Notes: generated from the letters alone by a model not told the origin. Shown: positions 1 to 12,033, numbered from the stretch's first letter. The stretch is 64,000 bases of DNA from Dendrobates tinctorius (GCF_039654945.1 NW_027361968.1:1922001-1986000); one strand, 5' to 3'. Made by a program: numbers and translations.

Positions 1-291
1 TCCCATCCCATTGGTACATGGGGCTTAGTTGCCCAATCCTGAACCTTCTCCAGCTATTCTATATAACTTTTAGAATGTAGAGCTCAGAACTAAATCCCAT
101 AGAGATCCTTGTGGTTCCATTTGCTCACAGTACAGATCCCTGCGGATGCCACTGCTCCCAGTACAGATCAAAGTGGTTTCCACTGTTCCCAGATCCTTGT
201 AGTGTCTACTCCTGACTTTACCCCATTTAAAAAATGTACCATGACATTTTTATCATCTTTAAGAGACTCAGAAACATTATGACAATAAGAA

Positions 292-713
292 GCAGTCAGT
301 GTGACTGACTTTCCATGCAGTCAGTGATTGACTTTCCATTGACTTTCTATGCAGTCAGTGATCGACTTGCCATGCAGTCAGTGATCGACTTGCCATGCAG
401 TCAGTGATCGACTTGCCATGCAGTCAGTGATCGACTTGCCATGCAGTCAGTGATCGACTTTCTATGCGGTGATTGACTTGCTATGCAGTCAGTGATTGAC
501 TTGCTATGCAGTCAGTGATTGACTTGCTATGCAGTCAGTGATTGACTTTCTATGCAGTCAGTGATTGACTTTCTATGCAGTCAGTGATTGACTTTCTATG
601 CAGTCAGTGATTGACTTTCTATGCAGTCAGTGATCGACTTGCCATGCAGTCAGTGATCGACTTGCCATGCAGTGATTGACTTTCCATACAGTCAGTGACT
701 GACTTTCTATACA
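292..713. repeat. 23-bp minisatellite (GCAGTCAGTGATTGACTTTCTAT), intronic, ending just before the acceptor at 747
   Basis: About 18 tandem units read directly, with ATT/ATC and TTC/TGC variants. Confidence 0.95.
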
Positions 714-747
714 GTTACAATGGCTTTTATATTCTTATTTTCACAAG

Positions 748-2616
748 GTAAAAGTGGGGATTTTTTCGAGGTCTGCAGAGAGTGAATATGAATGGTTGAC
801 GACAAGACTGAAAGCTGAGTCCTTTGTAAAGAGCGTCCAGCCTTGTTGTATCACCAACAACGGGTTCACACAGTTCTCGGGCTACGTGTCAAGGTGTGAC
901 TTTGGGATCCTGTATCATACCCAGAACAGAGGACGACTCAATCTCACTGATGTCACAGACTCTCTGTACGACGAGGAGCTACAATATCTGTCCTCAAGGC
1001 TGGGTAAGAGATAGTGATGGGACCGTGGGAGGGGACAGACTGACGCCTCTGAGGTATCGGGCAGTGGAAAGAGCTCTAGTGAAGGCTAGTGTGTCTGCCA
1101 TATTTGTACACCTATGACTCCGAGCCACAGAGGGTTGGTAGTTTTATAATACACTGCAATATTACAAGGTGACCCCCGGTTCACATACTCTAGAGGAACC
1201 AATATCATTTATGTGATATCATGAGTAACTGGTCAAACTAATAAAATATCATAATATTCACCCCATACAGTGGACGCCAACATGAATCAAACAGAAACCA
1301 TCGGAATTGCTGTTTTGTGGGTACTTTGCCTCCTAAAAAATTGAATAAAAAAAGATCATAAAGACATCAAAATGGTGATGATAAAAACATTTGTATCACA
1401 GAAAAACAATCTCTGATACAATGACTGCAGTGAGGAGGAAAAATAACAAAACCGGGCTGTGGGCTTGAATACACCGGGAGCCGGCCCTCAGTAAGTCCGA
1501 GGTCTCAGTTCTGTTTGTTCTTCTACATGACGTAAAATAAATCAATCCCCAAATTAATCACATTATGATTGTGTGGGGCACAAATGGAGGGTACAATGAC
1601 TGTGCAGGTCCCCGAGGGGCCAATATTACTGTCTGGGGTACTGGTTGTAGTAGCAGGGAAAAGCAGGAACCAATGTACATTTTGTAGGGCGGAGTTATGG
1701 ATGGAAGAAGCGGTCATGGCGGTCTGGGCCAGATGGAGAAGAAAAGGGAAACTGAATAACTAGGATTTATCTGAACAGAGCACTGATGTGAACTGATATT
1801 ACCATGATATGGTCACTGTATGGTGGTGATATCAGCCCCAGTACAATGGTGGTGATTAATCATCAGTATTATCACGATACGGTATATGATGGTAATATCT
1901 GGCGCTATCATTTGTCTATTAATGGTAATATTGATGCACATCGATATTGGTGCTGCCATATTTATTAAAAGGATTGTACGCCTGAGTGCAGTTGAGGCCC
2001 GCACCGTAGCCTTCCGTATCCGAACCGTGTCTAATGACCCCACCATTGAGATTTGGCTCTACTAGCAGAGTCCAGCGGTATGAGACTTATATAAGATGCT
2101 GACTAGAGTCTCCGCACAATGAGCGAAGCAGCGGGACTCTATACGGCTGCACGTATGCAAATCACATACCGCGGGAATCGGCAAGCAGAGGCCAATCCTA
2201 ACGGTGCATTCATTACACTGGGATTCAGCAGGCGGGATGGCCTGATCAGGGGTGGACAAGCTCTTAAAGGATCGGTATTACGGTATTATCCTGTTACTAT
2301 AGAGTGGTATCCAATCTTATATGGCGGTAATATTGGACTCGCAGTATTATTTCCTCCATTGTGAGGTAGGATAATATAGAGACCCCATCTGGGGAGTGGA
2401 TGTGGGGGCCACTCATATTACACTCTTATACTACAATTTTGTTCTAATGAGAGAATATTCTATTCCCGAAATACAGGAAAGGAGAACGTGATTGTGGTGA
2501 TCGATGACCTGACGGACAGCGGGGAGGAGCGGAAGACGGAGATCCTGAAGGGTCAGCCCAAGCTCGGGTCACTGGCCGCCGACGTGTTCCTGTTCTCGGG
2601 AGAGGAAAAGAAGTAA
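748..2616 (+). CDS. Last two coding exons (748-1003, 2477-2616) of an uncharacterised protein with a TIR-like alpha/beta domain; 5' part not identified in the window
   Basis: Acceptor ttttcacaAG|748, donor CTGG|gtaag at 1003/1004 and acceptor atacAG|2477 have matching phase. The splice gives 131 aa ending in TAA at 2614-2616: VKVGIFSRSAESEYEWL...DFGILYHTQNRGRLNLTDVTDSLYDEELQYLSSRLG|KENVIVVIDDLTDSGEERKTEILKGQPKLGSLAADVFLFSGEEKK. It resembles an uncharacterised amphibian-expanded family (from recollection, not searched). Confidence 0.8.
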
Positions 2617-2931
2617 CGGAGGAGAAATAAAGAAAAGATCTACGAAGGAAGGACCCAGTGATAAACGATGGGTCTGCAGCCGAAGCCTATGAGGATGCAT
2701 CGCACTAATTAGCATATACCTTTCATTGGAAATCTTTTAAAATACCATATATCGGCCATTGTATAAAACCGATCTGTAACGACGGTCAACCATCTCCGGT
2801 TTAGACGAGTGGATCTTGTGATTTTGGAATTCTCCAGCTTTGCCACATTTTTCAAAAAAAATGATTTAACGGGAATCGATTTACCTTAAATTTCAAACAC
2901 ATCAAAGCCTCTATGTGCCCGGGAAAGACGT

Positions 2932-4434
2932 GCATCACTCCCATCCAACCCAATCACCCCCATCCAACCCCAGTCACCCCCATCCAACCCCAATCACCTC
3001 CATCCAACCCAAGCCAACCCCAATCACCCCCATCCAACCCCAATCACCCCCATCCAACCCCAATCACCCCCATCCAACCCAATCCAACCCCAATCACCCC
3101 CATCCAACCCCAATCACTCCCATCCAACCCCAATCACCCCCATCCAACCCCAATCACTCCCATCCAAACCCAATCACCCCCATCCAACCCAATCCAACCC
3201 CAATCCAACCCCAATCACCCCCATCCAACTCCAATCACCCCCATCCAACCCAAGCCAACCCCAATCACCCCCATCCAACCCCAATCACTCCCATCCAACC
3301 CCAATCACCCCCATCCAACCCAATCCAACCCCAATCACCCCCATCCAACCCCAATCACCCCCATCCAACCCCAATCACTCCCATCCAACCCCAATCACCC
3401 CATCCAACCCCAATCACCTCCATCCAACCCAAGCCAACCGCAATCACCCCATCCAACCCCAATCACCCCCATCCAACCCCAATCACCCCCATCCAACCCC
3501 AATCACCCCCATCCAACCCCAATCACTCCCATCCAACCCCAATCACCCACATCCAACCCAATCCAACCCCAATCACCCCCATCCAACCCCAATCACTCCC
3601 ATCCAACCCCAATCACTCCCATCCAACCCCAATCACCCCCATCCAACCCAATCCAACCCCAATCACCCCCATCCAACCCCAATCACCCCCATCCAACCCC
3701 AATCACTCCCATCCAACCCCAATCACCCCCATCCAACCCCAATCACCTCCATCCAACCCAAGCCAACCCCAATCACCCCCATCCAACCCCAATCACCCCC
3801 ATCCAACCCCAATCACCCCCATCCAACCCCAATCACCCCCATCCAACCCCAATCACCCCCATCCAACCCCAATCACCCCATCCAACCCAATCCAACCCCA
3901 ATCACCCCCATCCAACCCCAATCACCCCCATCCAACCCAAGCCAACCCCAATCACCCCCATCCAACCCCAATCACCCCCATCCAACCCCAATCACTCCCA
4001 TCCAACCCCAATCACCCCCATCCAACCCCAATCACCCCCATCCAACCCCAATCACTCCCATCCAACCCCAATCACTCCCATCCAACCCCAATCACCCCCA
4101 TCCAACCCAATCCAACCCCAATCACCCCCATCCAACCCCAATCACCCCCATCCAACCCCAATCACCCCATCCAACCCCAATCACCCCCATCCAACCCCAA
4201 TCACCCCCATCCAACCCCAATCACTCCCATCCAACCCCAATCACTCCCATCCAACCCCAATCACTCCCATCCAACCCCAATCACCCCCATCCAACCCAAT
4301 CCAACCCCAATCACCCCCATCCAACCCCAATCACCCCCATCCAACCCAATCCAACCCAAATCACCCCCATCCAACCCAAATCACCCCCATCCAACCCAAA
4401 TCACCCCCATCCAACCCCAATCACCCCCATCCAA
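2932..4434. repeat. 20-bp C-rich minisatellite (CATCCAACCCCAATCACCCC); G-quadruplex-prone on the minus strand
   Basis: Direct tandem units. It explains the two P/H/N-rich ~510-aa ORFs. Confidence 0.97.
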
Positions 4435-5615
4435 ACACTATTAAGCTCTTTCACGTCTAAGTGACCTCTACATACGTGACTCTGGGAAACGGACGGCGCC
4501 CGGCAAAATTGCTGGATTACTTCTGTATAAAGAATGAAAACAATGTAAGTGAAATGTAGCAAGTGCACCATAATCACTGATCAATCACGGCTGTCCGCGC
4601 TCTCCTTACCTTTCCTAACACACTAATCTTTACTACTGCGCTGTCACACACAATCTGTTTCTTCTGATTGATGTCTTCTCGCGATCAAGACTTGGCACAA
4701 AACTGTCGCTGCATTCCTTGCCTCTGCTTTTATACAGGCTATGATAGTCCAGATTAAACACGAATGTGAACAGATTTGCTCATCTCTAACCACCGCCCAG
4801 TACGACCTGAGGAAACCTCCATGGCCAGTCACATATGAAAACCCTGATAGACAGCTGTCCAGACGATCCCTCCGCTATCCCGAGAGACAGTCGTCAGGTG
4901 GTTTGGACGCAGGTGCATGTGCTGCAGTCAGCAATGTAACAGGCAATCCGCCACATGTGCCGCCACATAGAACAACAAGGGAGATCCTTCTGCAGGTGAC
5001 AAGGTTATTCCGCCTATATACTGCAGGGATCAATGTTGGGTACAAAAAGAAAAATAAAACAGAATCTAAAGCCGCCGTCTTCACTTCATCCCGCGGTGAA
5101 GTCAACTCAAATTTCACGAAATCCATGAAAGGAGCAGTAATAATAATCTGCACTAAACATTGCAAGTAGTTGAATACATTATTAGAGGTTTTTGTTTATT
5201 ATAATAGCGCTAGATCTGATTTGTCTGTGAACAATGGAAAATAAAAAAATAATTAAAAACATACAAAAAACATAAAAATACAAGTTTCCTGTTTTGCCAG
5301 CAAAAGAACTCAGAAGAGCTTATATCTCAAAGAAGGTAAGTGTAAATACATGGTGCATTTCAATAGCAAAATTTGTAAAAAAAAAAAAAAGCCAAGTTTA
5401 TACGAAAGTACTAAGTCACTTTACTATGTCATTAAACAAGGCAAAGATAAACATATAATAAACACCATATATCACGTACAAAAATGTTTAAAAACAGTGG
5501 ATACTAGCGACCCCTCATTGAACCTTGTAACCCCATAAGTAAAAAAGGTAAAAAAAAGGGGTTAACAGAAAATAAAGGGGCTCTTACCCATATTATGATG
5601 TCTGCACGTCACGCT

Positions 5616-5657
5616 GGAGCCCCGACGCACGTTTCGCTTCCCGCTTCCTCGAGGGCC
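5616..5657 (-). ncRNA. Degenerate minimal type-I hammerhead ribozyme of the Penelope/retrozyme type
   Basis: The minus strand reads GGCCCTCGAGGA-A-GC-GGGAA-GC-GAAA-CGTGCG-TC-GGGGC. This has a near-CUGANGA box, a short stem II, GAAA, a near-palindromic stem III and a GUC site. The first core box deviates from consensus. Confidence 0.4.
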
Positions 5658-6285
5658 AATGTGTCTGTGTCAGGTCAGTCGCTTTAAATATCCCGCTCCA
5701 GATAATAAAAGCCAATAGAAAACTCCCAGAGCACCCGGCGCCGCGCGTCATCAGCTCATGGAGACAAAACATCCGGCCGTCCAACGTCACATCCGGCATC
5801 AGGAGCGCTACGTGTCAGGAACAAATGTTCCGGTGACGTCAGTGGCACGCAGCGCTCCGATAGACGCCGCAGGGGCACATTGGAGGAAATGCTGACATGC
5901 GCAGACGCGGCGTACGGGGCATTAAATAATATGTAAAACCAGGTCGTCCCTGCTCTCACAAGATGTCCCGTATGTGCCCACTAGCCCCACTATACAAACC
6001 GCCGAAAGGGTGTAATGTGACAAAGTCATTGTTTGTAACTTATTTAAAGGGTTTTTTTTTTCTTCACAAGTTTCCTGTTTTGTCGTTTTCTCCCATTATT
6101 TATGTCACAATGTGATTATATCAGTGACGTCATCACCGGGGGGCGGCTGACAACCTCTGACGTATACAGGCCGGTTGTCAGCAGATGATGAGCTGGTGTC
6201 TTCCGTTCAGCAGGCAGAGGGTGCGTCCTTCGTTATTCGTCACGGTTTATGTACGGAGGTGATGGCCGCTCCCTGAGCTCTGAAC

Positions 6286-6298
6286 GCTTTCACTTTCC
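6286..6298 (-). promoter_or_regulatory. IRF-E/ISRE-type element GGAAAGTGAAAGC, 26 bp before the GTPase ATG
   Basis: The plus strand has GCTTTCACTTTCC, matching the GAAANNGAAA IRF consensus. It overlaps a pyrimidine tract before a possible acceptor at 6306. CRE palindromes TGACGTCA lie at ~5833 and ~6125. Confidence 0.45.
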
Positions 6299-6324
6299 TT
6301 GTTCAGTACAAAGTGTCTGAGAAG

Positions 6325-9300
6325 ATGGAAAATCCGCAGATGTCGGTGGATGAAATGTTAAAGTATATCCGTGACTTCAGCCTGGACGGCGGCGTGCACG
6401 GTAATCAGGGGTACCAGCGGGTGCTACTTCAGCTGTTTGGCCTGGTAGGATCGGGGAAGTCCTTGCTGATCAACTCCTGTAAGTACGTCCTGGAAGGAGG
6501 AGAATACGTCATGCATGCCAGCGATGAGCCCACTGCGGTCAGGAAGACGTACCAGCTCACCCCCAACATCACCATAGCGGACAACAGACCCATGATCGGC
6601 CACTACGACAGGGACTTACCCACACTCTACGCTCAGCTCGGTGAGAACATCCTACTACAAGCTCTTTCTCTGCAGCACCTGCCCCTCCACCAAGTCATAG
6701 ATGGGTGACAACGTCCTGTCCCAAGCTCCTACCCCTCCACCAAGTCATAGATAGGTGACAACGTCCTGTCCCAGACTCCTGCCCCTCCACCAAGTCATAG
6801 ATGGGTGAGAACGTCCTGTCCCAGCCTCCTGCCCCTCCACCAAGTCATAGATGGGTGAGAACGTCCTGTCCCAGCCTCCTGCCCCTCCACCAAGTCATAG
6901 ATGGGTGACAGCGTCCTGTCCCAGACTCCTGCCCCTCCACCTAATCATAGATGGGTGAGAACGTCCTGTCCCAGCCTCCTGCCCCTCCACCAAGTCATAG
7001 ATGGGTGACAAGGTCCTGTCCCAAACGCCTGCCTCTCCATCAAGTCATAGATTGGCGAGAACGTCCTGTCCCAAGCTCCTACCCCTCCACCAAGTCATAG
7101 ATTGGCGAGAACGTCCTGTCCCAACCGCCTGCCCCTCCACCAAGTCATAGATTGGCGAGAACGTCCTGTCCCAAGCTCCTACCCCTCCACCAAGTCATAG
7201 ATTGGCGAGAACGTCCTGTCCCAACCGCCTGCCCCTCCACCAAGTCATAGATTGGCGAGAATGTCCTGTCCCAACCGCCTGCCCCTCCACCAAGTCATAG
7301 ATTGGCGAGAATGTCCTGTCCCAGCCTCCTGCCCCTCCACCAAGTCATAGATGAGTGACATTCCCAGTCTTAGAGTATGTGCCCACAATCTGGAATAGCA
7401 GCCTTTTGGCTGAAGCATCCAATCCGCTGTGTTTTACGATAAAAGCATACACAGTGGATTAATTTATAAAGATCCCATACCCACTGTGCTTAATTTTGAC
7501 GCTGAGTAAACTGACCTGCGGTGCGGGACTACGAGCCACAACATGTCAATTATCTGCAGTGGAGACACGAGAATGTATTAGGTCCATATTATTGTTCAAT
7601 GAACACATGCGGATTTAACTGCGTGATTGAACGCTGCTTGGACACAGTGAAAATACAATGTGTAAAAGTGCTGCTAATCTGGATCGCGGGCACGTAGCCT
7701 CACATGATAATGTGTGCAAACTGTAAAGCGCTACGGAATATGCTAGCACTATATAAAGATTATTATAAAATAAAGATTACACGTCCTGTAGTTCTTCCTT
7801 CTATCGATATTACTGTGAGATCTGCGGACTCAGTCGTCCTTTATTCCTTCCTTCTCAGGATCCTTCCTCCCTCTGGATGAGAGAGTGGAAAAACTCTATG
7901 AATATGAAGACCTGGTAGAGAAAGTGGAGGAGACGGATTTGGCTCCTAACTCCACGGACCTCATCGTTCCTGTGCTGGTTTACTGGTAAATTCTGATATT
8001 ATACTGGAAATCTCCGCTCCTGGGGGAGGGGTGGGCACCATCACACTGCTAGAGGGGCTCTCAATGGTCTCTTTCTTTTGGATGCCCACGTGCCAGTCTT
8101 CACTGTGGTTCTTGCATCCTGTTCAGTAATTACGTCTCCTGTAACTCACAGGGTTTGTATAGAAAAATGTAATGAAAATTTTCCAGGAAGAAAACTCATC
8201 ATAGAAACGCCGCACAAGTTCAGTGTGACCTTAATGCTGCACGGACAGGTCCGAGTTTAGGCAGCCAAGCAGGTTATTGGGGACAAGACCCAATTCCCCA
8301 CAGTAAGATTTATTATTTCACTTTATACTGTTATAATTTACAGCGGAACAGTATGGATCGAGGGGGATAAAACCGAGATGAGTTCCATCCTGCGAGGCTG
8401 TAGAACAATGACCGGTGAGTAACCGCAGCACACCAAACACAGAGAAGCAGAGAAAACAATAAAGTGTTGATTACAACACATAGGATCATATAATCATGTG
8501 ACAGGCAAGAGGCGATACTACAACAGCGCCTCCTGCTGGGGTACAACCACGGAGAACCGCCTGTGCTCATTTCCCTACACCGGCACTCCCTTGCACAGGT
8601 TGTGTACATAGAATTCATAGAGCCCCATCACAACAGTCCATTTTACCACCTCCCCGCAACTAAAAAAAATTCTATGCCGCAGGTAGGGTGAGGAAACACA
8701 GTGACCTCACAGAACAGGACACATCTCCACATTTTTAGACAGAGAAAAGAACATGTATTAAAGAACGCACAGTTCTAACCCACCGATACCCCTTTCTTAG
8801 CTCTGCCAAACAGTTTTCCAAAACGCTCATCACACAATAGGATACCCCAAAGGGAATGCGCCCCCACATGCAATATGTTCCCCCATAGTACATTCCCCCA
8901 CACACAGTATGATGTCCCCATAGTACATTCCCCCACACACAGTATGATGTCCCCACAGTACATTCCCCCCACACAGTATGGTGTCCCCATAGTACATTCC
9001 CCCACACACAGTATGATGTCCCCACAGTACATTCCCCCCCACACAGTATGATGTCCCCACAGTACATTCCCCCACACACAGTATGGTGTCCCCATAGTAC
9101 ATTCCCCCACACACAGTATGATGTCCCCACAGTACATTCCCCCCCACACACAGTATGATGTCCCCACAGTACATTCCCCCACACACAGTATGATGTCCCC
9201 ACAGTACATTCCCCCACACACAGTATGATGTCCCCACAGTACATTCCCCCCACACACAGTATGATGTCCCCACAGTACATTCCCCCCACACACAGTGTGA

Positions 9301-12033
9301 TGTCCCCATAGTACATTCCCCCCACACACAGTGTGATGTCCCCATAGTACATTCCCCCCACACACAGTGTGATGTCCCCATAGTACATTCCCCCACACAC
9401 AGTATGATGTCCTCACAGTACATTCCCCCACACACAGTATGGTGTCCCCATAGTACATTCCCCCACACACAGTATGATGTCCCCACAGTACATTCCCCCA
9501 CACACAGTATGATGTCCCCACAGTACATTCCTCCACACACAGTATGATGTCCCCACAGTACATTCCCCCCACACACAGTATGATGTCCCCACAGTACATC
9601 CCCCCCACACACAATGTGATGTCCCCATAGTACATTCCCCCACACACAGTATGATGTCCCCATAGTACATTCCCCCACACACAGTATGATGTCCTCACAG
9701 TACATTCCCCCACACACAGTATGGTGTCCCCATAGTACATTCCCCCCACACACAGTATGATGTCCCCACAGTACATTCCCCCACACACAGTATGATGTCC
9801 CCACAGTACATTCCCCCACACACAGTATGATGTCCCCACAGTACATTCCTCCACACACAGTTTGATGTCCCCACAGTACATTCCCCCACACACAGTATGA
9901 TGTCCCCATAGTACATTCCCCCACACACAGTATGATGTCCCCATAGTACATTCCCCCACACAGAGTATGATGTCCCCACAGTACATTCCCCCCACACAGT
10001 ATTGTGTCCCCATAGTACATTCCCCCACACACAGTATGATGTCCCCACAGTACATTCCCCACACACAGTATGATGTCCCCACAGTACATTCCCCCACACA
10101 CAGTATGATGTCTCCACAGTAGATTCTTCCCACACACAGTATGATGTCCCCACAGTATATTCTCACAGCCTTCCGCACAGTTTGATGCTCCCAGTCCCCA
10201 ATACAATATGATGGACCTACAGCCTCGACACACAATATGATTACCACCACACATATGATGATGCCCCACAGGTCGAACACAAAATGGTAGTCCCTACAGT
10301 CCCATCCACAAGTAGCGTCTGGAAAAAAAAAAAGGACTACTTACCTCGCCTCCAAAATTTCCCAAGTTTTGCATTTCCGTGAGGTCACTGCACACGTCAA
10401 ATTGCGGCATGCGGACGCCTCCGCATACAACGCACATTCCTGCGTACCCAATGTTAAAGATAGTTACGCAGGGAAACGCTTGGACGCATGCGGCGTTAGG
10501 CGGCGCTTCAGGGAGGAAGAAAGGAGCAAGTAGGCGCCATCCGCAGCCCTCCTGAACGTTAGTGTGAACCTAGCCTTAGTCACTTTTTTACGTGCACTCG
10601 GGTTTAGACACGAATTCGGGCCGTCAAAAAATAAAAAAATAGACACGTGAAGATTTACAGTTTTCATTCATGTCAATGACAAAGGAGTCTTACAGTGAAT
10701 GTACCGTATTTTCTGGATTATAAGACGCACCGGACAATTAGACGCACCCCAATTTTGGGGTGCAAAATTGCAGTCAAAAAGATTCTTATAAGATGGGGGT
10801 CCGTCTTATTGTCCGAATTTAAAGTATGTTACCTGAGGGCCAGCTGTGGTAGCGCAGGGTCACAGGAGGCATGGTCCCTTCCTCAGGATGCCTGCGGCAG
10901 CAGAAGTGGGACAATGCTGCGGGTCCGGTGTCAGTGGTGAGACAGAGCATGGCCCCTTCCTCAGGACTCCGGCAGCAGAAATGTGGTGACACCGCGGTCC
11001 GGTGTCCACGGCGAGCAGAGCTGATTGCATCACCAGTTTCTCGGCGGCCATCTTCCTGATGCCGCGCGTGCGCAGATTGAGATCTCGGTGGCTGTCGGCT
11101 TCAGGAGGATAGCCGCAGGGAAACCGGTGATGCACTTGGCTCTGCTCGCCGTGGACACCGGCCCGCGGCGTCGCCACATTTCTGCTGCCGACATCCTGAG
11201 GAAGGGACCAACCTCAGGTGCACTCTGCACCGCTGACACCGAGCCTCAGCATTGCCACACCTCTGCCACCGCTACACCACTGCCACAACCCCCCCGGTAA
11301 GCCTGTGTTCGGATTATAAGACGCACCCCCAATTTTCCTCAAAAATTTTTTTTGCCAAAAAGCGCGTCTTATAGTCCGGTATTTTTCAAGTCAGGGTTTT
11401 TTTTAAGGCTATGTGCACACGGTGCGTATTCTGCTTTGGAATTTTCTGCGCAGAATTTACTAAATCCACAGGTCAAATGACCTGCATTCTTCCTGCGGAT
11501 TTAGTGCATTTTTTGTGCGGTTTTCCACCTGCGGAATTCTAGAATGGAGCAAGTGGAAAACTGCAGCAAAACCGCACAAAAGTAGTAAATGGGCGATTTT
11601 AAAAAAACAAACCTGACAATGTTCCCCGCAGCCTCCGCTCTGTATCTGATGGCCGGGCACCGATGACGTCAGCGGGTGACGCCGGGTCACTTCTTGTCTT
11701 CTCGCAGGTCTCTTCCCCATAATCATCATTACTCGCAAGAACAATCCGTCTGCAGAGGAGACAGGAAGACAATTCCGACTGGCAGGAGCGGAGCAGGTAG
11801 TGCTGGTAGAAAACTACACCAAGGAAGACCACCTGCGGACCCTCGGCAAGGACACCGCCATCCTGACCTTCCTACGCAGCGCTCTGGAGGACGTCACCTT
11901 TCGGATGTCAGAGCGGCGCGACGTTATAAGAGAAAGAGCCGAGCGCAAAAAGTTCCTGATCAAGTACATGCACCACGTGGTGCTGGAGAGGGAGATCCAA
12001 AAACTGAGAGCGACCCACAGGAGCAGCAGGTAA
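6325..12033 (+). CDS. IFI44-like P-loop NTPase/GTPase, 279 aa, exons 6325-6640, 7859-7985, 8344-8414, 11708-12033
   Basis: All introns are GT-AG with consistent phases (1,2,1), giving 840 nt of open CDS. Motifs are Walker A LLQLFGLVGSGKS, G3-like ITIADNRP, G4-like FPIIITRKN, then ENYT and a basic helical C-terminus. The family assignment comes from motif resemblance. Confidence 0.8.
6677..7360. repeat. 60-bp minisatellite in GTPase intron 1
   Basis: About 11 units of CCTGCCCCTCCACCAAGTCATAGATGGGTGAGAACGTCCTGTCCCAGCCT, with a period equal to the line length. Confidence 0.95.
7372..7700. mobile_element. Degenerate PIF/Harbinger-like MITE
   Basis: Imperfect terminal inverted repeats GAGTATGTGCCCACAATCTGGA and TCTGGATCGCGGGCACGTAGCC, no ORF. 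Similar Harbinger-like ends occur at ~10560-10578 and ~11404-11420. Confidence 0.5.
8876..10158. repeat. ~35-bp minisatellite (AGTACATTCCCCCACACACAGTATGATGTCCCCAC) in GTPase intron 3
   Basis: Direct tandem units. It explains the C/G/V-rich minus-strand ORFs. Confidence 0.96.
10704..11379. mobile_element. Non-autonomous pogo/Tigger-like element with a long internal inverted repeat
   Basis: The left end TA|CCGTATTTTCTGGATTATAAGACGC pairs with the eroded right end GCGTCTTATAGTCCGG. There are subterminal GACGCACCCC repeats and internal inverted arms at ~10953-11040 and ~11120-11206. Confidence 0.6.

Noticed and set aside
2913-4460. Extensin/mucin-like 510-aa ORFs and a telomere-like CCCCAA motif
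   Set aside because: This is a 20-bp tandem repeat open in multiple frames, and it is not a (TTAGGG)n array.
8151-8225. Possible alternative third exon of the GTPase after CTCACAG
   Set aside because: It has no convincing donor. Exon 8344-8414 has strong splice sites and the correct phases.
8735-10280. Cys/Gly-rich keratin-associated-like ORFs
   Set aside because: A 35-bp intronic minisatellite read in several frames on the strand opposite the host gene.
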